From assembly GCA_036555445.1 (NCBI GenBank), contig DATBLH010000069.1:65339-129338 (forward strand): DNA of 64,000 nucleotides. Direction: 5' to 3'. The DNA comes from Candidatus Limnocylindrales bacterium (GTDB lineage Bacteria; Chloroflexota; Limnocylindria; Limnocylindrales; CSP1-4). A program made the translations under genes and the position numbers. Under the pieces are notes generated by a model that saw nothing but the letters and a program-made list of their open reading frames with translations, did not search any database and was not told the DNA's origin. Shown here piece by piece: positions 45,267 to 52,633 of this stretch. Position 1 is the stretch's first letter, and each line of letters opens with the position of its first letter.

Positions 45267-45569
45267 TCAGGTCTGGAGAGACAGGCCTCCCGGGCGGCGA
45301 CGCTCGCCGCGCCGACGGTCCGTTCCCTTCCAGGCGGTCCTGCTCGGAATCGGGATCCGCGTCCGGACGGGGTCGGGAAGCTCCTTGACGGGGAGCTGGC
45401 GGAGGGCTGCTCGCTCGATCCACACAGGGGCGGGCTCGATCTCGTAGCCGTGGCGGCGACCGGTGATCGCACACTCGGAACACCACCACACGCGTAGGGC
45501 CTGGCCGCCGACGAGAACGTCGAACAGGCGCACGTCACCAAATTGGAGGCAGCTGGCGCACACGGGCAT
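45267..45569 (-). CDS. Hypothetical Cys4 zinc-ribbon protein with a basic disordered tail
   Basis: MPVCASCLQFGDVRLFDVLVGGQALRVWWCSECAITG has CxxC...CxxC. Third positions are about 82% G/C by hand tally. It is preceded by its own TTGACA-18-TATGGT promoter. I place the start at ATG 45569, inside tracked ORF 45267..45701. Confidence 0.55.
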   Translation of the reverse strand: MPVCASCLQFGDVRLFDVLVGGQALRVWWCSECAITGRRHGYEIEPAPVWIERAALRQLPVKELPDPVRTRIPIPSRTAWKGTDRRRGERRRPGGLSLQT

Positions 45570-45610
45570 TCGGAACAGGCTCCCGGACCGTTCGTTGCGC
45601 GCTCGGACGC

Positions 45611-45626
45611 GGTGCGTTGGCGCACC
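45611..45626. repeat. Inverted repeat GGTGCG-N4-CGCACC overlapping the -10/TSS of the zinc-ribbon ORF promoter
   Basis: Forward strand reads ggtgcgttggcgcacc, with perfect 6-bp arms. Confidence 0.8.
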
Positions 45627-45653
45627 ATAGGGGCGCGGCCACCCGGGTGTCAA
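45624..45653 (-). promoter_or_regulatory. Near-consensus sigma-70-type promoter TTGACA-18 nt-TATGGT upstream of the zinc-ribbon ORF
   Basis: Minus strand reads ggaTTGACAcccgggtggccgcgccccTATGGTgcg. This is the only perfect TTGACA I noticed paired with a correctly spaced TAnnnT in an intergenic region of this window. Confidence 0.55.
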
Positions 45654-45675
45654 TCCGGTTGTTTGGCTCCCGTGA

Positions 45676-45774
45676 TCACGAGAACAGCTGGACACCCACA
45701 CACGAGAGGAACGCCCAGCCGAACGAGCCCGTCAGGATCAGCACCACGACGAACGCGAGTAGTCCGCGACCCAT
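45676..45774 (-). CDS. Hypothetical 32-aa single-TM hydrophobic peptide
   Basis: Not in the ORF track because it is too short. Sequence is MGRGLLAFVVVLILTGSFGWAFLSCVGVQLFS. GGAGGA lies 8 nt upstream of the ATG, and third positions are about 84% G/C by hand tally. Confidence 0.45.
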   Translation of the reverse strand: MGRGLLAFVVVLILTGSFGWAFLSCVGVQLFS

Positions 45775-45783
45775 GTGTCACAT
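45773..45783. repeat. Palindrome ATGTG-N-CACAT spanning the start codon and SD spacer of the 32-aa ORF
   Basis: Forward strand reads atgtgtcacat. Confidence 0.8.
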
Positions 45784-45816
45784 CCTCCAGATGTCGGGCC
45801 ACAAGGGAAGCAGAGG

Positions 45817-45832
45817 ACCGGCGAGCGCCGGT
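45817..45832. repeat. Inverted repeat ACCGGCG-N2-CGCCGGT
   Basis: Forward strand reads accggcgagcgccggt, with perfect 7-bp arms. It is followed on the minus strand by the pyrimidine-rich CCUCUGCUUCCCUU. Confidence 0.8.
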
Positions 45833-45847
45833 TCTCGGTGGGGCCTC

Positions 45848-45857
45848 GCAACGTTGC
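45848..45857. repeat. Perfect 10-bp palindrome GCAACGTTGC
   Basis: Read directly from the sequence. Confidence 0.8.
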
Positions 45858-46042
45858 AGAAGTCGTGCGGCCGACGCGTCGTGTTGGGGAACGAGACAGT
45901 CGACAGGTCCGGCAGGACACTCTGGTTCCTTGGACGCCCGGGTCATCGTGCGTCGGCGCGTCGGAGCCGAGGAACTGGGCCGCCGATGGACCGGAAGCGC
46001 GGACCGGTTCTCAGTCCTGGGTCGCGTGATCGGCGCCAAGAC

Positions 46043-46077
46043 CCAGCCACTCGGCACTCGTGCCGTTCCCAGGCTGG
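46043..46077 (-). terminator. Bipartite GC hairpin after the glycosyltransferase stop (weak U tail)
   Basis: Minus strand reads CCAGCC-tgggaa-CGGCA-cgag-TGCCG-agt-GGCTGG, followed by GUCUU. Confidence 0.3.
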
Positions 46078-46080
46078 CGG

Positions 46081-47481
46081 TCATTGCGCTGGCTTGCCGG
46101 CGCAGGCATCCATCACGCCAGCAAGGCGCTCGGCAAGCTTTGGCCAGCCATAGCGCTCGATCGCGACGGCCCGCGCACGGGCGCCGCGGCGCGCCCGCTC
46201 GGCCGGGTCGTCGATCGCCTGGAGCAGCGCGGCGGCGAGGCCGTCGACGTCGTCGGGCTCCACGAGCCAGCCGGTTTGGCCGTCGTCGACGATCTCGCCA
46301 GGGCCGAAGCGGTTGATGGCGACCGCCGGCATCTCGCAAGCCATCGCTTCGACAAGCACCAGGCCGAACTGTTCGCGCACGGAGGCCAATGCGAACACGT
46401 CGGCGGCCGACAGGAATGCCGACACCTCAACGTGATCGCGCCAGCCGGCCAGGAAGACGCCGCGCACGCCGAGCCGAGCGATCGTGTTGGCAGGGTGCTC
46501 CCCCTCCCACTCGCCCGGATGGCCGCCGACGATGATCAGGCCGCTGGGCGTGCGCGCGCGATCCCGGGCCCTCGCAAAAGCCTCGACGAGGAGCGGGAGC
46601 CGCTTGACCGCGGTGAAGCGGCTGACGGTCAGCACCACGACGCCGTCAACGAGTGGCGAGAGGTCCTCGGCCTGGTAGCGGACGCTGCCAGACTCCTGGC
46701 CGGCAAACCATCCCCGCGGTGCCTCGACGAGCGCGTCGCGGAACAGCGATGCGCGATCGACGTCGCGGCGGACGAAGACGCGCGGGTCGAACCCGTTGGG
46801 CAGCACAACCAGCCGGTCCGCGTCCACGCCGAGCAGCCGCTCGGCGCGCGGGAGCTCCGATCGCGAGAGCACGAGGAGCCGCTCGCATCCGTGCGCCCAC
46901 CTGCGCATCCGCTCTGCCCAAGCCTCCGCATGCGTCCAGGTCGGGGGCGGTCCGGCCGTGATCGCCTCGAGCATCAGGAGCTCGGTGCCGTGCACGTGTC
47001 CGATGACCGGAACGCCGGGGGCGACTCGCGTCGCCGCCTCGTGGATCGGCGTCAGGTGGTGCAGATGGAGCGCATCGAATGTGGCGGCGCCGACGGCGGT
47101 GAGCGCGCGTTCCCAGGCCGTCACCTGGCGCTCGTAGGCGTCGTCGTCGAGCATCGCGAACACCCGATCCGGAGCGCCGGGGCGATCTTCGTAGGACGGC
47201 TGCATCGGCGCGAAGCCCGGGGGCGGATCGAGCGGATCGGGCGAGGCGAGCGCCATGTCGAAGGACACCGGATGCACGTCGAGCCCCGCGTAGAAGCGCG
47301 CCGCGTCGCCGACGCCGTCGAGGTCGCTCCGCGAGCCCGAGACGAGGGTGACGTCCCAGCCATGCGACGGGAGCGCCCGCGCGAGCGCCCGTGCGACGTG
47401 CGACGAGCCTCCTCGCGGAAAAAACTGGAGGACGCTGAGGAGTCGACGGCGAGTCACGCGGCCCAGTGTGAGGGGCGCCAT
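46081..47481 (-). CDS. GT4-family (GT-B fold) glycosyltransferase
   Basis: C-terminal FALASVREQFGLVLVEAMACEMPAVA...GEIVDDGQTGWLVEP matches the GT4 E-x7-E region. I place the start at ATG 47481, because the tracked start at 47604 overlaps tRNA-Leu. Confidence 0.85.
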   Translation of the reverse strand: MAPLTLGRVTRRRLLSVLQFFPRGGSSHVARALARALPSHGWDVTLVSGSRSDLDGVGDAARFYAGLDVHPVSFDMALASPDPLDPPPGFAPMQPSYEDRPGAPDRVFAMLDDDAYERQVTAWERALTAVGAATFDALHLHHLTPIHEAATRVAPGVPVIGHVHGTELLMLEAITAGPPPTWTHAEAWAERMRRWAHGCERLLVLSRSELPRAERLLGVDADRLVVLPNGFDPRVFVRRDVDRASLFRDALVEAPRGWFAGQESGSVRYQAEDLSPLVDGVVVLTVSRFTAVKRLPLLVEAFARARDRARTPSGLIIVGGHPGEWEGEHPANTIARLGVRGVFLAGWRDHVEVSAFLSAADVFALASVREQFGLVLVEAMACEMPAVAINRFGPGEIVDDGQTGWLVEPDDVDGLAAALLQAIDDPAERARRGARARAVAIERYGWPKLAERLAGVMDACAGKPAQ

Positions 47482-47576
47482 CCGCGTTCGCCGCAGCTCA
47501 CGGCGGCTACCTCCCTGTACTCGCTGCGATGTTCCTCGAAGCGTTGGCGACGCGTGGGGTCCAGATGGGTCAACGG

Positions 47577-47663
47577 TGGTGCCGAGGGTGAGATTCGAAC
47601 TCACATGCCCTTGCGGGCAGCCGAGTTTAAGTCGGCCGCGTCTGCCGGTTCCGCCACCTCGGC
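47577..47663 (-). tRNA. tRNA-Leu (anticodon UAA), CCA encoded
   Basis: Minus strand: GCCGAGGTGGCGGAACCGGCAGACGC...GCCGA-CTTAAAC-TCGGC...long variable arm...GTGAGTTCGAATCTCACCCTCGGCACCA. Confidence 0.9.
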
Positions 47664-47682
47664 GTCGGGCGATGGTAGCCCG

Positions 47683-48492
47683 TCAGATCCGGGGCGGACC
47701 CGCGGCGATCCTGGCTCGAATGGACCTCAGCGTTCCCCGCTCCCAGTCGGCACCGATCCACCACGTGGCGCCTGCGTCGGCGAGGCGGGCGACCGCGTCC
47801 TGGTCCGACTCCCTGCCCTTGGTCGTCGAGCCCTGGACGACGATGTCGAACGACCGGTCGGAAAGCTCGGCGGGCCGCTCGCGTCGAACGTAGTCGGCCA
47901 TCGACCGGAGATCGTCCAGGTCGTCCGACTGGGCGAGGATCCCGTCCCAGCGCAGCGCGCGACGCATCGTTCGTTCCTTGCCCCAGACCGCGACGGGCCA
48001 GATCGGGATCCGTGGCCGTTGCACGGGCGTGGGCCGGAAGATCATCGGCTTGAAGCGGTAGTGCTTGCCGGTGAACCCGAACTTCTCCCCCGACCACAGG
48101 CCGTCGAGGATGGCCAGGGTCTCATCCATCAGCTCGGCGCGCGTCCGGGCATCGGTCGCTTCGCCGACGTTGCCGAAGGCCTGGTCGTCAAGAGCGCCCA
48201 GCCCGACCGGGAGGACCAGCCGGCCGGCCGACAGCCGATCGACCGTCATCGTCTCGCGGGCGAGCTTCCAGGGTCGGCGCCGCGACGGCGGAGTCAGGAT
48301 CAGCCCGAGCGTGACGCGCTCGGTCCTCACCGCCATCGCCCCCAGGACGACCCACGGGTCGTAGAGCTCGAACGAGCCGAGGGAAACGCCGTCGAAGTAG
48401 AACACCCCATCCCAGCCGGCGGCCTCGGCCTCGGTGGCCATCTCAACGAGTTCGTGCGGATTGCCGGTGTTGACGATGATCCCGTAACGCAT
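47683..48492 (-). CDS. Luciferase-like (LLM class) flavin/F420-dependent oxidoreductase
   Basis: 269 aa: AAGWDGVFYFD...RVTLGLILTPPSRRRPWKLARETMTVDRLSAGRLVLPVGLG. Confidence 0.8.
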   Translation of the reverse strand: MRYGIIVNTGNPHELVEMATEAEAAGWDGVFYFDGVSLGSFELYDPWVVLGAMAVRTERVTLGLILTPPSRRRPWKLARETMTVDRLSAGRLVLPVGLGALDDQAFGNVGEATDARTRAELMDETLAILDGLWSGEKFGFTGKHYRFKPMIFRPTPVQRPRIPIWPVAVWGKERTMRRALRWDGILAQSDDLDDLRSMADYVRRERPAELSDRSFDIVVQGSTTKGRESDQDAVARLADAGATWWIGADWERGTLRSIRARIAAGPPRI

Positions 48493-48518
48493 CGCAGTTC
48501 GGCGGATCAGGCGAGGTG

Positions 48519-48595
48519 TGGAGGCGACGACCGGATTCGAACCGGTGAATAGAGGTTTTGCAGACCTCCCCCTTAGACCACTTGGGTACGTCGCC
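48519..48595 (-). tRNA. tRNA-Cys (GCA), CCA encoded
   Basis: Minus strand: GGCGACGTACCCAAGTGG...GAGGT-CTGCAAA-ACCTC...CCGGTTCGAATCCGGTCGTCGCCTCCA. Confidence 0.9.
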
Positions 48596-48640
48596 TCGAA
48601 GATCGCGCCGGCATCGCCGGCGTGCTGCTCACGTCGGTGT

Positions 48641-48714
48641 TGGCTGCCCCTCGAGGATTCGAACCTCGGTTCACGGATCCAAAGTCCGCTGTCCTACCAC
48701 TAGACGAAGGGGCA
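48641..48714 (-). tRNA. tRNA-Gln (UUG), CCA encoded
   Basis: Minus strand: TGCCCCTTCGTCTAGTGGTAGGACA-GCGGA-CTTTGGA-TCCGT-GAAC-CGAGGTTCGAATCCTCG-AGGGGCA-G-CCA. It has the U1:A72 pair and G73 typical of Gln. Confidence 0.85.
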
Positions 48715-48750
48715 GCGGGATGCCCTCTCGAGTCAGCGTCAGGGAGGGGA

Positions 48751-48826
48751 TGGAGCGGAAGACGGGACTCGAACCCGCGACCCTCACCTTGGCAAGGTGA
48801 TGCTCTACCAACTGAGCCACTTCCGC
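48751..48826 (-). tRNA. tRNA-Gly (GCC), CCA encoded
   Basis: Minus strand: GCGGAAGTGGCTCAGTTGGTAGAGCA-TCACC-TTGCCAA-GGTGA...GCGGGTTCGAGTCCCGTCTTCCGCTCCA. Confidence 0.9.
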
Positions 48827-48847
48827 TCGAAACCGACCACCATCGGG

Positions 48848-48923
48848 TGGTGCCGAGAGCCAGGATCGAACTGGCGACACCGCGATTTTCAGTCGCGTGC
48901 TCTACCAACTGAGCTATCTCGGC
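48848..48923 (-). tRNA. tRNA-Phe (GAA), CCA encoded
   Basis: Minus strand: GCCGAGATAGCTCAGTTGGTAGAGCA-CGCGA-CTGAAAA-TCGCG...GCCAGTTCGATCCTGGCTCTCGGCACCA. Confidence 0.9.
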
Positions 48924-48963
48924 CCGATCGACCGCCCGAGCTGGGACGCCCGCCGGCCGATCG

Positions 48964-48972
48964 AGGATACCA
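48964..48972 (-). promoter_or_regulatory. Extended -10 promoter candidate for the tRNA Phe-Gly-Gln-Cys cluster (TGgTATCCT)
   Basis: Minus strand reads GCGTGGTATCCTCGA, 40 nt upstream of the tRNA-Phe 5' end. Confidence 0.5.
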
Positions 48973-48985
48973 CGCGTCGTCGGGC

Positions 48986-49966
48986 CTACTCCAGCCCGCT
49001 CAGGGCCGCCACCTCGGACGCCTGGAGCGGTTGCTCACCGGTCAGCTGGCGGATCCGATTGATGCGGTCGACGATCGCCGGGTGGGTCGACATCAGGTTC
49101 GAGGAGCGCTCCTCGAACTTCTTGATCGGGTTCGTGAAGTAGAGGTGCTGGGTGGCCCGATTCGCGACCTCGAGGACCTCCTGATCGGTGGCGATCTTGG
49201 CCAGCGCACGCTCGAGACCGTAGGGGTTCCGGGTCAGCTCGACCGAGGATGCGTCCGCCAGGTACTCCCGCTGTCGTGACACCGCGAGCTGGACGAAGCG
49301 GGCGATGATCGGCGCGATGATCGCGAGCACGAACGCGAGGACGAGGACGATCGCCTGCAGACCGCCTCCCCCGTCGCGATCGCGATCCCTCCGACGACCG
49401 ACGCCGCCCCAGAACGTGAACCGGAGGAAGAAGTCGGCGAGCAGCGCGATCGATCCGACGAGGACGCCGACGAGGAGCGAGAACCGGATGTCGAAGTTCC
49501 GGACGTGCGACAGCTCGTGGCCGATGACGCCCTGGAGCTCCTCGCGGTCGAGCTTGTCCAGCAGCCCGGTGGTGATCGCGATCGACGCGTGCTTCGGGTC
49601 GCGACCGGTGGCGAATGCGTTGGGCGCCGTGTCATCGATGACGTAGGCCTTGGGCATTGGGACGTTGGCCGCGATCGCCATCTCGCGGACGACGTTCATC
49701 AGCTGTGGCGCGCTCGTCTCGTCCACCGGCTTGGCACCCGAGACTGCCAGCACCAGCTGGTCACCGGCGAAGTACGACCCGGCCGCCATCAGCGTTCCCA
49801 GCGCCACGGCGATCGCCGTCACCCCGAGGCCGCCGGCCACCTCCCCGCTGACGCCGTAGCCGATGGCGAAGCCTAGCGCGGCGAGCAGGGCGACGACGGC
49901 CAGCGCGAGCAGGACGGAATTCCGCCGGTTCGCTGCGATCTGGTCATAGAAGGTGCTGCCGGCCAC
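48986..49966 (-). CDS. htpX: M48 family zinc metalloprotease HtpX
   Basis: Contains the HELSHV zinc motif and 4 TM segments. GTG start with GGAGGA upstream. Confidence 0.9.
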   Translation of the reverse strand: MAGSTFYDQIAANRRNSVLLALAVVALLAALGFAIGYGVSGEVAGGLGVTAIAVALGTLMAAGSYFAGDQLVLAVSGAKPVDETSAPQLMNVVREMAIAANVPMPKAYVIDDTAPNAFATGRDPKHASIAITTGLLDKLDREELQGVIGHELSHVRNFDIRFSLLVGVLVGSIALLADFFLRFTFWGGVGRRRDRDRDGGGGLQAIVLVLAFVLAIIAPIIARFVQLAVSRQREYLADASSVELTRNPYGLERALAKIATDQEVLEVANRATQHLYFTNPIKKFEERSSNLMSTHPAIVDRINRIRQLTGEQPLQASEVAALSGLE

Positions 49967-50030
49967 GGATCCTCCGCCGGTCCCGCCTGCCCGGCGGTCT
50001 CAGCCGTCGGGATGCCGCGCCTGCCCGCGA

Positions 50031-50600
50031 TCAGCGCAGGCTGAGGTCCACCGACGGGACATTGGCTGCCTCGGGCTCGGCGTCGAAGAACTCGCGCCGG
50101 GAGAACCCGAACGGACCGGCGATGAACACGTTGGGGACGGTCGCGATCGCCGTGTTGTAGTCGAGGACGGTGGCGTTGTAGTGCTGGCGCGAGAACGAGA
50201 TCTGGTTCTCGGTCGTCGTCAGCTGCTCCTGGAGCTCGAGCACGTTCTGGTTCGCCTTGAGGTCAGGATAATTCTCCACGACCGCGAACAGGGAACGCAG
50301 CGTCTGGGTCAGTGCGTTCTCGGCTGCCGCCTGGGCGGCCGGGCCCTGGGCGCCGGCGGCGACGGCCGCGGCGCGGGCGTTCGTCACGTCCGTGAGCACC
50401 TGCTGCTCGAACTGCATGTAGCCCTTGACGGCATTCACGAGATTCGGGATCAGGTCGTGCCGCCGCTTGAGCTGGACCTCGATCTGTGCGAACGCCTCGT
50501 CGATCCGCAATCGCCGCTGGACGAGACCGTTGTAGATCCCGATGACGAACAGGACGATCACGACGACGATCGCGATCAGGATGATCGGCACCCAGTTCAT
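50031..50600 (-). CDS. lemA: LemA family protein
   Basis: 189 aa with an N-terminal TM segment and the GIYNGLVQRR...QIEVQLKRRHDLIPNLV pattern. The lemA-htpX pairing is common. Confidence 0.9.
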   Translation of the reverse strand: MNWVPIILIAIVVVIVLFVIGIYNGLVQRRLRIDEAFAQIEVQLKRRHDLIPNLVNAVKGYMQFEQQVLTDVTNARAAAVAAGAQGPAAQAAAENALTQTLRSLFAVVENYPDLKANQNVLELQEQLTTTENQISFSRQHYNATVLDYNTAIATVPNVFIAGPFGFSRREFFDAEPEAANVPSVDLSLR

Positions 50601-50651
50601 GGGCTCCCCTCTGGCTGTCGGCCGCGGAGCAGCGGCCGCTTGTGAGCCAGT

Positions 50652-52547
50652 CTACGACAGGGGACGGCGAGGGGCGGGTCGCGGTGGCCGGCTGGGCCGG
50701 GTCGGTCGGGTGAACAGGGTCTTGGCCAGGTAGCGCTCGATCTCGGCGGCGACCTGGGGTCGATTCATGAGGTAGCCCTGCCCGTAGGCACACTCCAGCT
50801 CGACCAGCTGGCCAGGCTGGTCAGGGCGTTCCACGCCCTCGGCGATCGTCTCCAGCCGCAGCGTGCGCCCGAGGTCGACGATCGAGCGGATCAGGGCACT
50901 GCCTTCCGTCTGGTCGACGGCCTCCACGAAGGCCCGGTCGATCTTCAGCACGTCGATCGGGAACCGCTGGAGATAGCTCAGGGACGAGTAGCCGGTCCCG
51001 AAGTCGTCGATCGCAAGCCGCACGCCGAGCGCCTTGATCGCGCCCAGCTTGGAGACCGCCGCGTCGGCGTCGGTCATCAGCAGGCTCTCGGTGATCTCGA
51101 GCGTCAGGCACCCGGGATCCAGGCCGCTGTCGACGAGCGCGGCCTTCACGTCGTCGACCAGGTTGGGGTCGGTGAACTGGCGGGCCGAGAGATTGACACT
51201 GACGGACAGGGGGGGCTCGACGGCGAACCGCTGCTGCCACTGGACGGTCTGGCGGCAGGCCTCGCGCAGCACCCACCGGCCGAGCGCGATGATGATCCCG
51301 GTCTCCTCGGCGATGCCGATGAACTCGCCGGGCATCATCAGGCCGCGCTCGGGCTGGTACCAGCGCACGAGCGCTTCCAGCCCGCGGACCGCGCCCGTGC
51401 GGAGATCGACGATCGGCTGGTAGTGCAGGACGAGCTCGCCGCGGTCGACGGCGCGGCGCAGGAGCGTCGCCAGCTCGACGCGCTCCAGGGCGGCCGCGCG
51501 CATCCCCGGTTCGAAGATCGCGAAGCGCTGCTTGCCCAGGCTCTTCGCCTGGTACATCGCGAAGTCGGCGTTGCGGAGCAGCTCGTCAGCCGTGACGTCG
51601 ACGGCGGCCCCGAACGCGATCCCCACGCTCGCACCGACGGTGACGTCGAGATCGGCGATCGAGAACGGGGTGGTGAATGCGTCCAGGATCCGCTCCGCGG
51701 GTGCCATCGCGTCCAGATCGTCGGCGACGTCCTCGATCAGGACCGCGAACTCGTCGCCACCGAGCCGAGCCACCGTGTCGCCCGGCCGGACCGTGGCCGA
51801 CAGCCGGTCGCCGACGGCCGTGAGAAGCCCGTCTCCGGCCGTATGGCCGTGCGAGTCGTTGATCGTCTTGAAGTCGTCGAGGTCGACGAACAGGACGGCG
51901 ACCCGCCCGAGACCACGCGAGGTCCGTGCCAGGGCGTGCTCGAGCCGGTCACGGAACAGGGTCCGGTTGGCGAGCCGGGTCAGCGGGTCGTGATAAGCCT
52001 GGTGGCGGACCTGCGCGTAGAGCCGGGCGTTCTCGAGCGCCATCGCCGCCTCGTTGGCCATCGTCTGGGCGAGACCGAGCCGCCGCTCATCGAAGGTGAC
52101 CTTCTGGGCGGAGGTCAGCTCCACCAGGCCGATCGGTTCGCCGCGCGCGACGAGGGTGAGCATGGCGGCCACCCGGTTGCCGATCTGTCGGAGATAGGCC
52201 ACCTCCGCGGGATCGGCGCTCGGATCGTCGACGTCGATGACCGAGGAGCAGGCCTCGCGCAGGACGCGCGACGTCTCCGGGTAGTCGGCCAGGGCGTAGC
52301 TCAGCTCGAGGGACGACCGTCGCTCGGGTGGGAAGTAGCCGTAGGTGACGACGCGGTCGCTGGCCCGGTCCCAGTAGCTGATCGCACACTCGTCGACGCC
52401 AGTCGCCGTGGCGATGTGACGCGCGATGAGATCACCCACCCCATCCGGTTCCAGGGTGCGGGCAAGCTCGGTGGACATGGCCAGGAGGCTGCGCAGCTCG
52501 TGGTCGCCGCGCTGCCGTCGGCTCCGTCTCGGCGGCAGGTCGCTCAC
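50652..52547 (-). CDS. GAF-GGDEF-EAL signalling protein (diguanylate cyclase/phosphodiesterase)
   Basis: RLGGDEFAVL GGDEF motif, and LEALVRW...DDFGTGYSSL EAL motifs. The GTG start lies 6 nt after a TAGCAT box. Confidence 0.9.
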   Translation of the reverse strand: MSDLPPRRSRRQRGDHELRSLLAMSTELARTLEPDGVGDLIARHIATATGVDECAISYWDRASDRVVTYGYFPPERRSSLELSYALADYPETSRVLREACSSVIDVDDPSADPAEVAYLRQIGNRVAAMLTLVARGEPIGLVELTSAQKVTFDERRLGLAQTMANEAAMALENARLYAQVRHQAYHDPLTRLANRTLFRDRLEHALARTSRGLGRVAVLFVDLDDFKTINDSHGHTAGDGLLTAVGDRLSATVRPGDTVARLGGDEFAVLIEDVADDLDAMAPAERILDAFTTPFSIADLDVTVGASVGIAFGAAVDVTADELLRNADFAMYQAKSLGKQRFAIFEPGMRAAALERVELATLLRRAVDRGELVLHYQPIVDLRTGAVRGLEALVRWYQPERGLMMPGEFIGIAEETGIIIALGRWVLREACRQTVQWQQRFAVEPPLSVSVNLSARQFTDPNLVDDVKAALVDSGLDPGCLTLEITESLLMTDADAAVSKLGAIKALGVRLAIDDFGTGYSSLSYLQRFPIDVLKIDRAFVEAVDQTEGSALIRSIVDLGRTLRLETIAEGVERPDQPGQLVELECAYGQGYLMNRPQVAAEIERYLAKTLFTRPTRPSRPPRPAPRRPLS

Positions 52548-52553
52548 GGACCG

Positions 52554-52559
52554 ATGCTA
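52554..52559 (-). promoter_or_regulatory. -10 candidate (TAGCAT) 6 nt before the GGDEF-EAL GTG start, implying a leaderless mRNA
   Basis: Minus strand reads ccgTAGCATcggtccGTG, with no SD. Confidence 0.35.
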
Positions 52560-52633
52560 CGGTGCGCGCGGTCCCCGGCCGGGTGGCCCATTGGTACTGG
52601 ACGGGTCCCGCACCTCGTTCGGGCCGGCGGGCG

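Noticed and set aside
44908-45489. The tracked 193-aa ORF starting at ATG 45489, considered as a single gene.
   Set aside because: Its N-terminal half overlaps the zinc-ribbon ORF in another frame and has low third-position G/C. Only the last ~92 codons look coding.
45187-45569. A frameshifted pseudogene or programmed frameshift fusing the zinc-ribbon ORF to the 92-aa ORF.
   Set aside because: The zinc-ribbon frame keeps its coding-like GC3 right up to its own stop at 45267. The 80-nt gap shows poor GC3 in the downstream frame, and I saw no slippery heptamer. It is kept only as an alternative under the 92-aa ORF finding.
47577-48923. A genomic island or prophage remnant integrated at the tRNA cluster.
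   Set aside because: There is no integrase, recombinase, transposase or phage gene within the window. I found no duplicated tRNA 3' segment (att-like direct repeat) in 44.7-47.6 kb by eye. A computational repeat search is still needed.
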